A stretch of 64,000 bases of DNA from a virus, in IMG/VR virus record IMGVR_UViG_3300024259_000012; one strand, given 5' to 3'. Every line of letters starts with the position of its first letter. Position 1 is the stretch's first letter. Positions 20,890 to 32,719 of the stretch are shown here, piece after piece. A model generated the notes under the pieces. It saw nothing but the letters and a program-made list of their open reading frames with translations, made no database searches and had not been told where the DNA came from. The translations under genes were made by a program, and so were the position numbers.

Positions 20890-22824
20890 TTATTCAACCA
20901 TCTCAAAGAATTTTGCCTCGCTAAGAATCTCAACTCCGAGACTGATAGCCTTCTTTGTTTTGGAACTTTGACTTTCGGGGTCGGCCTGTACGAGATATGT
21001 CAAACCTTTTTTGACGCTCGTGGTATCTCCACCGTTCATGAGAACAATCTTTTCCATGTCCTTACGTTTCAGACGAACTCCATCGTCTCCAACTTTTTGA
21101 ATCGCTCCTGTGAAGCAAAAGCTCATTCCGTCTAAATCATTTGCAGTCGGTGTCATAACGACCTCCTTTTTATTTTCAATTGTTACATAATTTAATAACG
21201 TTGCAATCACTTCTTCCTTGTCCGAAAATGAATCAACAAAATCCTCTGCACGGGAATCTCCAAACCCATCAATGCGTACGATATCAAATGACCGCAAGGC
21301 TCGCAACTTGTCAATGCTATCATGTCCGGCATCAACCAATAGCTGTGTAAGTGATGTTCCAAAATGTCCAAGGTTCAATCCACCTACAAAGTTTGCAAGA
21401 GATACTGTCCGATGAGCTTGGATTGTTTCAACAAGTTTGGTTGCAGACCGAATTTGAAATCCATCAACCCGCATCACTTGAGATGCTGTGAGAATATATA
21501 AATCTGCAGGGTCTTCAATTGCGCCGACCTCAACCAACTTTTCAATCGTTGCTTGGCCAACACCCTTGCCGCCCATCCCAGATTTGACAACCCACTTCAT
21601 GATGTTGCCAACAATGGCACCTTGACAATTTTCATTGTCACAGTATAAAAATGTCATGTCAAACCGTGTTGGTTGTTGACATTCGGAACAATATTTCGGA
21701 ACTTCAAATAACTCGGTAGAACCATTTTTAATAACTTTCTCAACATAAGGAATCACATCACCTCTACGTGAGATAAGAACCTCATCATCAAGGCACAGAC
21801 CAAGCTCATTAAAGCGAGCCAAGTTTGCAAGGCTTGCCCGTTGAACAGTTACCCCACCCATGTGAACGGGATTCAGTAATGCAACCGGAGTAATGGTTCC
21901 GCTTTTTCCAAGCGACCATTCAATACCATCAAGGATGGTTGATGCTTTCAAACTTGAAAATTTGAATGCTTTTGCAAAGTATGGTTTACCATCTTTGTAT
22001 CCCAACTCATTTCGGAGTTCAACGTTGTCAATTTCCAGCACGAGTCCGTCAATTTCATAATCGAGGCTTGCACGTTTTGAATTTTCATACTTGTAATATG
22101 AATGCAGAATATCCTTTGCGGTAGCCATCCCTCTCCAAAACGGAAGTTTAAATCCATTATGTTCTAACCATTGAAATGTTTGTTCTTTAGTTGAAACCGG
22201 TGTTGTCGCATCATAACATTTAATTGTAAGGTAGCCCGCATAAATGCCCTCACGGTCACGAGCTTTGCCACCAGCACCATTGCGTGGGTTTTTGATAGGG
22301 TCGTCGCCCCGTAATGTTTGAAGCTCTACAATGGCATTAAAATCATCTTCAAGTATAATGACTTCACCTCGCACGGATACTGTATCATTGTTAATTAACT
22401 GAGGAATGAATCCCTTCATTTTTTTAACATTGGCTGTAATATCTTCTCCAATAATTCCATCACCTCGGGTAATACCTCGTACAAAAATACCCTCTTGGTA
22501 TTCTAAATCAATTGAGATACCATCAAGTTTTTCCGACAAAATCACATCCGTAAATCCGGCTAAGGACTCATACCATTTTAAAAATTCTGGCTCGGTGCTA
22601 ACCTTATCAAGAGACCCCATTGGAATCTTATGAGTGGCCTTTTCCCAAGGCGAATTCTTAACAACTGGAGAACCAATTGTAGATTTCAAAGCGGGGTCGG
22701 TGTAGTCTAAGAAATATGAAGTCTGAGCTTCATCAAAAACATGGTCAGGAACAAGTGACACATTATCATTGTAATATGAATCGCTCCATTTAACTAAATC
22801 TGCTCTACGTTCTGCTTGGCTCAT
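20890..22824 (-). CDS. ligA: NAD-dependent DNA ligase
   Basis: EKLDG, TRGDG..GEDIT, RGE, NPRN, DGLV, Zn finger, HhH repeats, C-terminal BRCT. Confidence 0.96.
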   Translation of the reverse strand: MSQAERRADLVKWSDSYYNDNVSLVPDHVFDEAQTSYFLDYTDPALKSTIGSPVVKNSPWEKATHKIPMGSLDKVSTEPEFLKWYESLAGFTDVILSEKLDGISIDLEYQEGIFVRGITRGDGIIGEDITANVKKMKGFIPQLINNDTVSVRGEVIILEDDFNAIVELQTLRGDDPIKNPRNGAGGKARDREGIYAGYLTIKCYDATTPVSTKEQTFQWLEHNGFKLPFWRGMATAKDILHSYYKYENSKRASLDYEIDGLVLEIDNVELRNELGYKDGKPYFAKAFKFSSLKASTILDGIEWSLGKSGTITPVALLNPVHMGGVTVQRASLANLARFNELGLCLDDEVLISRRGDVIPYVEKVIKNGSTELFEVPKYCSECQQPTRFDMTFLYCDNENCQGAIVGNIMKWVVKSGMGGKGVGQATIEKLVEVGAIEDPADLYILTASQVMRVDGFQIRSATKLVETIQAHRTVSLANFVGGLNLGHFGTSLTQLLVDAGHDSIDKLRALRSFDIVRIDGFGDSRAEDFVDSFSDKEEVIATLLNYVTIENKKEVVMTPTANDLDGMSFCFTGAIQKVGDDGVRLKRKDMEKIVLMNGGDTTSVKKGLTYLVQADPESQSSKTKKAISLGVEILSEAKFFEMVE

Positions 22825-23785
22825 ATGAGTTCCTTTTATTTTATGCCGTCAATATAGTATGCCAATAGTGGCAAGTCAACAATTATTATTATGTAACGTA
22901 ATATCCACAACATTGTGGTGAACAACTGCAGTTTAAAAATTTGATTCGGGTCTTACTCCAACCATTGCGATTACATATAGCGTTACATCGCTCCAAGTCT
23001 TTATCCAAATCATGCATGGTGCGTGAAGTATAAAACCCCCGTTGCTCCTTGAACTCACTAAATGCACATTTCTTCTGCGGAAATCTTGAACCCCGAATTT
23101 TTTATATTTTCTTTTTAGTGCCATCAATGCCTCCCAGCGGGTCAGTTCGTTTGTTATATTGTTTGTTGTGTTGAATAATATCGGTAGTTGTTACTGCCAT
23201 GTATGTAACCAATTCTTTCATTTGGTCAGGTGAAAACACTTTCTTTTCAATGTGTACATCGGCAATCGTTACCAATGTCTCACTCACGTCTTGAAGCAAT
23301 CCCAACAATGACATCACTCTCATTTGATGCACATAGGCTATAGTTCTGGCTTCCTTCAGTTCACTTGACTGTGCCGTAATAATATTTTTATAGTTTTCAA
23401 TAATGTCGGTGTACGCATCATCATTATTTCTATTGAACCAATCTCGCCATCCCACTAAAATAACCTCGTTGCATCATCATTCTGCAATTTGTCATTGTAC
23501 GATGATGGAACGGTGATTGTTAAATTTTCAGAGCGTAACATTATTTCTCCACGGTATAGTTGGGCTGGCGGTTAGCTTTTTTAATTTTCCTGAATCCAAA
23601 ATTCCACCTGAACCAGCGGTACACCGGAGGTCGGCTTTTCAATGAGATTCGTTTGGGTCGCCAATAATGTTTGCGACCGCCATCGGATGCTTTGGTTACC
23701 CAAAGTGAAATGTTAAATACAATCTTGAGTATCCACGCAATTGCTACTACGATGCCTGTTTCAGCAACTCCAAAACAGAGACACA

Positions 23786-24124
23786 TTAAACATGCGTCCC
23801 TGCATTAAGTTTCGCCATCAATTCTGAATACTTCATGGGAGTAAAATATTTGTCACGCTCAAGGTTGCCATTGAAAGGTGGAACCGTTGTGGTTTCAAAC
23901 TCAGTCTTGCTTGGCATTCCACCCATCTCGGGGCCAATGTCAGCAAAGAGAATTGCGACGCCCCACAAGTACTCAGGGTCTTCGGGGTCTTGGTTCATCA
24001 AGTACCAAGTTTGTCCGCCATAAGGATTGAAAATTTTTCCAAGAATCATTGGGTCTTCATCGGTTGAATAAGTACCAAACGCTTTTTGTAACTTTGCTTC
24101 AAGTGCCTTCGTGAACATTTTCAT
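23786..24124 (-). CDS. DUF2958-like early protein
   Basis: K.F.P.G..TWY...G......E.G....E...LERD.YF.P. Confidence 0.7.
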   Translation of the reverse strand: MKMFTKALEAKLQKAFGTYSTDEDPMILGKIFNPYGGQTWYLMNQDPEDPEYLWGVAILFADIGPEMGGMPSKTEFETTTVPPFNGNLERDKYFTPMKYSELMAKLNAGTHV

Positions 24125-24147
24125 TTTGATTTCCTTTGATTAGTTAG

Positions 24148-24194
24148 CTCTCTCATTACGCTATTAATATAACCTATTGAGTGGTCGGAGTCAA
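24148..24194 (-). promoter_or_regulatory. Early promoter/leader cassette copy 2
   Basis: TTGACT-17-TATATT-aatAGCGTAATGAGAGAG. Confidence 0.85.
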
Positions 24195-24389
24195 GGACTA
24201 ATCCTCACTATTTATCCAAACTTCCCATTCATCGTTTGTGTAGAACTTGCCCTTCCAAACGTGAGATTTACAGCACGTTGATATCCAGTTTCCATGTTCA
24301 CCACGACCATTCAAGTCATACCAATGTCCGTGATATGACTTGTCATTAGTTTCACCACATTCACATTTGAAGTTTGGTGCGGGTCTCAT

Positions 24390-24791
24390 TTAATCCATCC
24401 GGCTCATTGGATAAGCATTGATTCCGTTTTCGGCAAGAACCTTGGCATAGGCACCTGCATACTTTTCCTTCAGTTCCATTGACTGGCCATACCCACGAGT
24501 CCAGATGTCAGTTCCACCGTAGTAACTCTTGTGGGCACCTAAATTCTTTTTAGCCCAACGAGCAAAAGAGCTACGGCCATTGGGAAGGTGAACCCAAGCA
24601 AACCCACAGACGCCACCCTCGACGAAGTAAGTTTTCTTGGAGTAGTCAACATCATTTCCAAGTGGAGTACTCGGACTTCCAACAATCATTGGGGTTGGGG
24701 TGTGGGCTTCAGCCGCAAGCTTTCCGGCCTCATCAGCTTCAGCAACCAGTGCTGTATAAATTTCATGGCGTTGCTTTGCAGAAGTAGTCAT
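24390..24791 (-). CDS. Conserved phage early protein (CGFAWV family)
   Basis: CGFAWV...QSM..KE..A.AYA.VL...GI....SRMD. Confidence 0.75.
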   Translation of the reverse strand: MTTSAKQRHEIYTALVAEADEAGKLAAEAHTPTPMIVGSPSTPLGNDVDYSKKTYFVEGGVCGFAWVHLPNGRSSFARWAKKNLGAHKSYYGGTDIWTRGYGQSMELKEKYAGAYAKVLAENGINAYPMSRMD

Positions 24792-24815
24792 TTTGGAATC
24801 CTTTATTTTAGTTAG

Positions 24816-24862
24816 CTCTCTCATTACGCTATTAATTTAAGTATAAACATACCTTAGTGCAA
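24816..24862 (-). promoter_or_regulatory. Early promoter/leader cassette copy 3
   Basis: TTGCAC-17-TAAATT-aatAGCGTAATGAGAGAG. Confidence 0.85.
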
Positions 24863-24952
24863 CCTTTATTTTGTTTTTATTTAAATAGCAAAAGTTCTTG
24901 ACTTGGGGCATGTGATGGTATATATTCGTAGCAACTAAAATGAGGAGCACCC

Positions 24953-25264
24953 ATGTTACATGGAATTTTTACACCAACTCGCAGACCAACCCTATCAGAC
25001 TTCAGGCGAAAATGGGATGACCCACAAACCGTGGATGGTGTAGTTGTAATTTATGATGATACAAAATCTGTAATTCCAGATGAATTAAAAATCGGAACAA
25101 CTGTTATATTTGAATTGTTAAAAGAAGATGAAGATTCAACATGGTATTTTGAAGAACACGCCATGGATATTATATATGAACAGTTGATGCCGTTCGGTCT
25201 GCTCGCAGGGCAGGTCAAATTTCATTTGGACGACGCCACTCACGAAGCAATTGAAAAACTATAA
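24953..25264 (+). CDS. Hypothetical protein, first gene of + strand block
   Basis: TTGACT...TATATT promoter and GAGGAG RBS upstream. Confidence 0.7.
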   Translation: MLHGIFTPTRRPTLSDFRRKWDDPQTVDGVVVIYDDTKSVIPDELKIGTTVIFELLKEDEDSTWYFEEHAMDIIYEQLMPFGLLAGQVKFHLDDATHEAIEKL

Positions 25265-25274
25265 AGGATAAATT

Positions 25275-26060
25275 ATGTCTACTACTACACAATCCCCACC
25301 GACCCCTGACCAAAAAAAATCTTCGTTCGTTGTTAGCATGGCCGGAACATTAACCAAAAAAGAATTCCACGATTTATTCCATGTCAAAAGTACATTGGAG
25401 CGGCGTGGTCATGTCAAAATGCAACACAATGGCAAGGTGCATGATATGGATGTAAACATTACAATTGAACGTACCTTATTTGATTTTGATTGGTATTTTT
25501 CAAAGGATACCGATAAGGCATTGGATGGCGTATTTACCAAGCTTGGGTTGGCTCGGGGCGACACTATGTTTTATTTGGAAGACCAAGTTTTGCAAAACAT
25601 GCACAATGCTACCGAGTCACTTCACAATACATATGTTGAAACCGAGTCTGAAAATCTCGAAACCTTCTTAGAGCATAATGCAATGTTCACAGCAATAAAA
25701 CCCATCAAGGAATATCATGCTCAAAATTTAGCACACAGTTCTCGGCTGGGCTTGACCTTACGATTTATTAATTCTGAAATTATGAACGGGACGGATTTGG
25801 AAAATCCTGAACGGGTAACCGAATGGATTAATCAAATTGATAATCCGGACAAGCGCAAATTGACATTGGAAATATCATTGGTAAATTTTGATAAGTCTCG
25901 TACCCTAAATGTATGTTCTATCACATCTGAACCCAACACCGAAAATGAACTTGTAATTAAATCGCCCGCTGATTTAAGTATTCATACCAACTCAATAGCG
26001 ACTCTCATGGGAACGTTTTCTGAACTGTCCTTGGAAGCACTTGACAATCTAACAGCATAA
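25275..26060 (+). CDS. Hypothetical protein
   Basis: 261-aa ORF with AAGGA RBS. Confidence 0.75.
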   Translation: MSTTTQSPPTPDQKKSSFVVSMAGTLTKKEFHDLFHVKSTLERRGHVKMQHNGKVHDMDVNITIERTLFDFDWYFSKDTDKALDGVFTKLGLARGDTMFYLEDQVLQNMHNATESLHNTYVETESENLETFLEHNAMFTAIKPIKEYHAQNLAHSSRLGLTLRFINSEIMNGTDLENPERVTEWINQIDNPDKRKLTLEISLVNFDKSRTLNVCSITSEPNTENELVIKSPADLSIHTNSIATLMGTFSELSLEALDNLTA

Positions 26061-29000
26061 GGAAACACCTATGAAAACATTTGAAATCGTATATCGTGAA
26101 AAGCCAGGCAATGTATTAACCAAGTTTGTTATATCAGCAGAAAATAAAACAGATGCGGTGAATAGATTTTACAAATATGCTGATAAAAAAGTTACTGAGA
26201 AAACTGACATAGAAGTATTTGAAATATGAAACCCCAAATTAATATAATCGTCCTCACACCATTGGACGCTTGGGGCGTCCGAGTCTTGGATTTCATTTCG
26301 GTTATTTATTTATTCGTCGGGTCATTCAAACTCATCTCAGTGCTTTGGCTTGGGTGGACTATGCTTGTGCCCGCCACAATGATGATAACGGGGTCTTATA
26401 TTATGAGTAAAATACCAAAGTTACTATTCTATGAAAAACAAAAAACCGTATAATCATGTAACAGAAGATGATTTGGAAACGCTGTCCAGTATTGTTAAGG
26501 ACATTGATTCCAAGGGTATTGTTAAGTTGCGCAAAGATTTCTCGGACACCCTTGTGGATATCCGGAACGTTGTTAAAAACTTCTTCCCCAAGCAATTACG
26601 CTTTTCCATTTCAAAGGATGCCACGACAGAATTACTATTAGCAAAAATAACATTCTATAAGTGGCCGGAAGGGTTTGAACCAACCTCAGACGAAGGTGCA
26701 TATTTGTACACCCAACTGTTGGAGATTTTAGAATTTGTATTCAAGACCCGCAAGTGGAATAAATTGTATTCACTTGAAATAGATATATCCGATAAAACAT
26801 TCTCGGGAAAGTTTGAGTTCAAGCGTGTGGTGTAATTATATAGGCCGGTGGGGAAAGTGTACCAAATGTCGGTATAGATTTAATGACCGTAAAACTTCAA
26901 TGTCTGGAGTGGTTATCCACATTGGTCGAGACATTCGGGAAGTGTTGTGTACGGCACCATCCCTAATTTGTGCAACCAATGAAGAGCAGGCTTACCTGCG
27001 CAATTTTGACAAACCAATACATGACTGTGAAGCTTTTCGTGTGGTGTAATTTTAAAGGCCATCTTTACAAATGCGAATTTTGTATACATTATAAATGTGT
27101 AATCAAACATGACACGGTAGTTGATTTATGTGTGGCCAACACATTCTACGTGGGCAACCATAGAATATTAGAAGGTGAAGAAAATCGGTGTTTAACATTT
27201 AAGAAGGAAATCAATGACTAAATATAGATGTCACGGTTGCAGTATGACTTGCACGCTTGAAACTCCAATAGAACCGATTTACTGTCCTATGGGTCGTGGG
27301 GTATCTCCATGGGAAAAATATTTTTTCATGACATATATTCCATATCCAATGTTGATGCGGTTTACAATGAATAATTTTAGGTTGGGAATATCGGAAGATT
27401 TTCATAAAATTATTAACACCCCCGATAGAAATCCCGTGACCAATAATAGGGAAGAATCTTGGGTTGTTACATATGCGAAAACAGAAGAATAAAACAGTTG
27501 CATATCACCATGTTGTAAACTATATTGACGCCAATATAAAAAGGAGAGTAATATGAACCCATTTAAAATATTAGCATCAGCGGTTGGTTCCATCATAGCC
27601 GGACTTGCTATTGTGATTTTTATAATACTTGCAGTCATTGCATTTAAGGTATTAGTTATGTTATTTGTCGCCGCAGTCATATTGCTTGGCTTTGGTGGAT
27701 TGTGCTATTGGATATATAAATTCTTAAAGGGAGATGTATAATGCGAAATCAAGGACAGTTTGCTATAATGATAGTTGCAGTTATCTTTGGTGTTGGTACA
27801 TTTTTAATTGGACTGCAGGAAAGCAATTGGATATTTAAAGCCGGTGGTCCAATCATTGCCGTGACTTGGATACTAAATTATTTTACTGATGGGAACCCAT
27901 TTGAAAAGGGGTCTTGGAAATGGAAAAAATAACCAACAGAAAATTATATGAACTAATCAAGCAGGAACAGAGCTTTGGTAATTATGATGAGTGTATTCAT
28001 TGTAAACAAGAATCACGATATTATCCGAACCCATATTACATGCACGTTTGTGATGTGTGTGGACATAAAGGGTCATCAAGTGATTTATCAACCTCGTGGA
28101 CAGACACCCGAATCATAGAAATAATGGAGTTATTAAGATGAGTACATGTGTAAATTGTAAAACATTATCAGCTTTCCCGAGGCAAAAATTATGTGAGCCG
28201 TGTGCGTTTGAGGCAATCATCCGTTTGGAAAATGATGTGATGACAGAACGCAATCGAAGAAACGTAATAGAAATTGAATGTCCATGTGGAACTGTGTTCA
28301 AGTATAATCATGGCGACACCGAGACCGGAAGAGATTTGGCGAACGTTTTTATTAACATTCATGAGGGGCATTAATTATGATTGATTGGCTTGTAGAATTA
28401 GCAAAAGAAACGGCAACATTCAATTCACTATTTGGTATCATATTATATTGGGTGCCAGTTAGTTTATGTTTGGTTGGATACACCATTCGCACCGGAGCAA
28501 ATGTTCGTGCGGATAGAATAAAACGAAGCCGAGTTGAGGCGATGCCTACGATTGACGCATCTGTTTCAGACAGTACATATCGGGAATATTACCATCCAAC
28601 GGATACAATCGGAAGTTTGGTTGGGCGTGCAATTGTCAGCGTGATTCCAATCGCAAATTTATGGGCGGCTCTATTTGATGTTGCTCCATTTATGTTTGGT
28701 AATTTTTTCATTTGGATAGCTAAGGTTTTAGACCAACCATTAGTCCCACGGAAACAAGGAGAATAATATGGAAGACCAACTATTACCATTGTTCGTTACG
28801 GGAGCCGCTGTCTTAGTGGGACTCGCAGTAATAATCGGAGCAATGATGAGTAAACGCAGACCACCGTATGAACATAAAAAAGGAGAATGTCAATGTGGAC
28901 ACCAACAACATTAGAAGCAACAGTAATTGCAATAGGACTTTTAACATCAGCACTTGCTTTCAGATATTCATTTAACCGTGCGTTGGATGGAAATCCTATA

Positions 29001-29429
29001 TTGGGAATCGGTGGAAGAAAACCGGTAGCAATACGAACCGCAGTTGGGCCAGCAGGTCATGCCGCAAGTCAAGGAACCACCCACAGCAAATCAAAAGGTG
29101 GTTGGGGTTGGAGCAAGGGCACTGTTAAAGAAGAACATTCAGGACAAGTGCAGACCGTGAACGTCAACGTTGGAACTCCCAATGAGAATTAGAGACGCTA
29201 AACTTACAGATAGTGGGAAACTGAGAGTCGGGCTTGAAAAGGTAGGAGCAGAAGACCATTGGTACACGGTGGAATTCAAAAATGGTAAATTGCATTCCTA
29301 CAGTCGCATCGGTGGGTTGAGTTACGACAGAATGTGCCTTGACTCAGACGTTGAAGATATCAGGTCAAAGACTGTTGCATTGGTTGAACAGGGTGCCGCC
29401 ATGTGTAGAATTTTGGGTGAGGAATTGTA

Positions 29430-29903
29430 ATGTCTAAAATAGCATTCTACGCAGGTAGCTTTAATCCAATGCATCTTGGACACCTCAATGTATTAGAAAA
29501 ATCTATGAGGCTGTTCGGAGAAAAACAAGTGGTTGTAATGCTTGGGCAGAATCCAACTAAGTCTGGGAACCCCGCTATAGAATCTCGGGCAAAACATTTA
29601 AACAAAAGACTCAAGTGTGATGTTGTATCATTCACAGGTCTATTAACAGACGCTATGATTCAGCAAGCATTTAATTACGGATATGGTCCACAAGACATTG
29701 TGCTTATTCGTGGATTGAGAAATGGATACGACTTGGATTCGGAATTGGTTCAGTGGGAATTTTTAAAAGATTTATCACCTGACCTTCAGATTGTATTCAT
29801 TCCATGCGACAAGGAATTCAATCACATTTCATCAACCGCATTACGAGCACTTGCAGATGTCAGTCCGTTTGGGCTGTCAGCAATACATAAGTATGTGGTT
29901 TAA
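29430..29903 (+). CDS. coaD: Phosphopantetheine adenylyltransferase
   Basis: YAGSFNP.HLGH, IRGLRN..D...E, HISST..R. Confidence 0.88.
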   Translation: MSKIAFYAGSFNPMHLGHLNVLEKSMRLFGEKQVVVMLGQNPTKSGNPAIESRAKHLNKRLKCDVVSFTGLLTDAMIQQAFNYGYGPQDIVLIRGLRNGYDLDSELVQWEFLKDLSPDLQIVFIPCDKEFNHISSTALRALADVSPFGLSAIHKYVV

Positions 29904-30064
29904 GAGGAAACCCAAAGGTGGCTCTGTACGAGCAGGAACCTATGCTGAGTGCCACGCATGTGGTTGGGTAGGGTACGCATATGGGGCACCCACTACGGCG
30001 GGCGTCACGTCCGGCTGGTGTCAACAATGCGGAGTAAATAATCAATTAGAAGAAAAGAAATAAA

Positions 30065-30892
30065 ATGGCAAAAAATACAATTAATCCCCAAATGATATTA
30101 GACTCATTCAAAGAGTTTGTTCTCGTACATATGGCGAATGAAACTAACCCAGATAAGTTGGAAGTGTTTCATTTATTTATAGATGAAATTAACAGGCAGG
30201 ATGACTTGCTTGTTGCAGAAATAGAAGCGAAAAGAATAAAAGATGAAAAGTCGTTCGATGAACACCACAATAATTTTGAAGTTTTGAAAGAGCGTGGTCA
30301 TATAGCATATACAACTGATTATCATTTTTATCTATCAGAATATTCCAAAGGTGTTGTGGACAGTGATTATGTTTTTGAGAATTTAACCTCTGATGATAAA
30401 TCTAAAATTCTTAGCTCACTGTTCAATAACGATTTCAATGAGCAAATGACCGCCCTCAGATACAAGTATTGTTATATCACTGCCAAGCATGGACATGATG
30501 GGGTTGATGTAGACAATAATGTATACGAGGCAAAATCAACAAACGTCACTAAATATTCTAAAGTTGCGCCTAAAATTGGTTTCGCAGGTCCATCCAAAAA
30601 TGTACTTAGAAAACTTACGGAAGGGCGGCCTCTATTTATTCTCAACGTAATGGAATCTCATAAGCTGATATGTGAATTACTTGTTGAATGTACCGATGAA
30701 CTATTGGCAAAGTTCCAACAACAATTGGAAAGTGGCCGCAACCAAGTTGAAATTAACTATAAAGATTATGCGCCCCACATTAAAGAAATCGCATTTATTA
30801 GAGATGGGTTTGAGGAATATGAACCCAAGTTAAATAAAAAGCTATTTGAATTATTAGTAATAAAGTCCGAACAAAAAAAAGCCACCGATTAA
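30065..30892 (+). CDS. Putative PD-(D/E)xK nuclease-fold protein
   Basis: G.DGVD....YEAK resembles a restriction-endonuclease catalytic motif. Confidence 0.4.
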   Translation: MAKNTINPQMILDSFKEFVLVHMANETNPDKLEVFHLFIDEINRQDDLLVAEIEAKRIKDEKSFDEHHNNFEVLKERGHIAYTTDYHFYLSEYSKGVVDSDYVFENLTSDDKSKILSSLFNNDFNEQMTALRYKYCYITAKHGHDGVDVDNNVYEAKSTNVTKYSKVAPKIGFAGPSKNVLRKLTEGRPLFILNVMESHKLICELLVECTDELLAKFQQQLESGRNQVEINYKDYAPHIKEIAFIRDGFEEYEPKLNKKLFELLVIKSEQKKATD

Positions 30893-30904
30893 GGTGGCTT
30901 TTTT
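30873..30904. terminator. Bidirectional terminator between convergent blocks
   Basis: A-run, GCCACC-GATTAA-GGTGGC, T-run. Confidence 0.85.
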
Positions 30905-30924
30905 ATTTAACCGTATGTTGTAAT

Positions 30925-31398
30925 TTAGTACGAGCGTTCCATTCCTTCCGCAGTCCTGCGAGCCTTTTCCAAGTCATAGTCATAACTGGTACTGCTATAA
31001 AAGTTAGTTGAAAAATAATCAATCATTCCGTCGCTATCACTCCGGCGATACGCATCAACCATTGCTCCGACCTCATCCAAAAGGTCTGACATTTCCTTAG
31101 TGTATTCAGAGTTGTTTGGGTCGTGATACGAACCGTTGCGGTCATAGTTCTTGTTGAAGAAAACTAATGAACTGGGGACTTCCTTGATTTCAACTCGGAT
31201 GGCTTGGCCACCGGCGAAGCGTTCGATGCGAACTGAAAATTTGTATTCCGATGAATACTTGGCTTTGTAGTCAGCACGAACTCGCTTGGCTATTTCTTTA
31301 ACATCCAAGCCAGGTGTATATTTGAAACCGGCACTTCCATATCCAGTATAATTAGGGATTGAAACTTCGCCGTTTTCGGTCATTACAGAATCAGACAT
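30925..31398 (-). CDS. LPD29-like (polyvalent-protein-associated) early protein
   Basis: IAK.VR...K......KFSVR...FAGG..I.V...D.MIDYF..NFY. Confidence 0.65.
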   Translation of the reverse strand: MSDSVMTENGEVSIPNYTGYGSAGFKYTPGLDVKEIAKRVRADYKAKYSSEYKFSVRIERFAGGQAIRVEIKEVPSSLVFFNKNYDRNGSYHDPNNSEYTKEMSDLLDEVGAMVDAYRRSDSDGMIDYFSTNFYSSTSYDYDLEKARRTAEGMERSY

Positions 31399-31594
31399 GT
31401 TTGATTTCCTTTACAAGTTTTGCGTCCTCTTTGGACAGGTTATAGAACCACTCATCACTTACGATTTCATCAACGTGCATACCGTCATACATGTTGGGCG
31501 TTCCGTCTGGGGCAAGCGAATAGGTCATCCCACTCTCAGTATCGAGGGCGGTGGACACACTTTCTAAAACTACTAACTTCATTACTTGGGTTCC

Positions 31595-31639
31595 TTTCTC
31601 ATTACGCTATAATATAAGCCTACACATGGCCTGTGTCAA
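31595..31639 (-). promoter_or_regulatory. Early promoter/leader cassette copy 4
   Basis: TTGACA-17-TATATT-atAGCGTAATGAGAAAGG. Confidence 0.85.
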
Positions 31640-31649
31640 GAGTTAAATC

Positions 31650-32132
31650 CTATTTTATCAGGGTCTCGACTTTTATTGAAGCGAGGTCTACAAAGTAAAC
31701 AACACCATTCAACAGAGTGATGTTACCCCATTTGATATCAGTATGATACAAACAAAAGTCTGCTTCCATTTTCTTAAATGCTTTTTGAATCAGGGGAATA
31801 TACTGTCGTCTATCTTCAGTTTTCTTATGTAATTTATTTAAAGCTACACCAACATAGTCCATTATTAAAATGTGTTCATCGTCATCACATGAAATCAAAT
31901 TAGGAGTGTGTGGGCATTTCTCTAAAAGTTTAAGGTTTTTCTTTTCTCTTAAATACACTGTCTCACTGTTAGCCATTTTCCTAACAACCTTTTTACCATC
32001 AAGCATACATACATCAATGTAATAACATCCACAGCCATCGGTTAATACTTCTACGATTTCATCAATCATATAATCAGCATACCCGCTGTTTACTTTATCA
32101 AGATACAATTGACGAACTTCCGCTTTTTTCAA
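31650..32132 (-). CDS. Protein-kinase-like (RIO/Kdo/APH fold) protein
   Basis: VVRK, RE...L, LIMDYVG, HTDIKWGNI, VYFVD motifs. Confidence 0.75.
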   Translation of the reverse strand: MKKAEVRQLYLDKVNSGYADYMIDEIVEVLTDGCGCYYIDVCMLDGKKVVRKMANSETVYLREKKNLKLLEKCPHTPNLISCDDDEHILIMDYVGVALNKLHKKTEDRRQYIPLIQKAFKKMEADFCLYHTDIKWGNITLLNGVVYFVDLASIKVETLIK

Positions 32133-32719
32133 AATTTATGTCTACCAGTTTGTTTACGAACCTTGAGCATCCAGTTAGAATGTTGGTTGGACACTCGACT
32201 CAAATTTAATATTCCAGATTTCTTCTTGGGGACAATTCCCTCAAGCTCGGGGTCTTGCATTGCCATCTCATACACCTTATCAAAATCAGTATCAAATTGT
32301 TGGGTGATGGACAGTGGGCCGCTCAGTTTCAATGATTCAATAAACGACCGGCGGTGTTCAAAGGTTTGATTCATTAATAAATTATTTTGCCAGACGTGAG
32401 TATCGTACAATACAATCTTGTTCCGGACACCCGTTACTTTGTTGTGACGAAGCTCGCCATCGAATACATTGTAACCCGTCAGCCCTAAAGCGTACAGGCT
32501 GTCAAGCACTTCATCGGTAGGGGTGTAAACTAATTTCTTACCATGCCTATCCCAGAATTCAAATTTACCATCGAAGCAATGCAGTTCTAATCGACTGCCA
32601 TTATACTTAAACTCGGCAATCCAATTTGGGTCATTGCTGACCACTTGGAATAATGATTGTTGCTGAGTAATCAGCTTGGGTTTCTCGGGATAGAAGTATA
32701 GAAATTTATTTAGTTTCAT
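32129..32719 (-). CDS. Stand-alone ATP-dependent ligase-like adenylation domain
   Basis: EFKYNG.R, FDGEL, YD, R...L, EGIV.K, W.K motifs; no OB domain. Confidence 0.8.
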   Translation of the reverse strand: MKLNKFLYFYPEKPKLITQQQSLFQVVSNDPNWIAEFKYNGSRLELHCFDGKFEFWDRHGKKLVYTPTDEVLDSLYALGLTGYNVFDGELRHNKVTGVRNKIVLYDTHVWQNNLLMNQTFEHRRSFIESLKLSGPLSITQQFDTDFDKVYEMAMQDPELEGIVPKKKSGILNLSRVSNQHSNWMLKVRKQTGRHKF

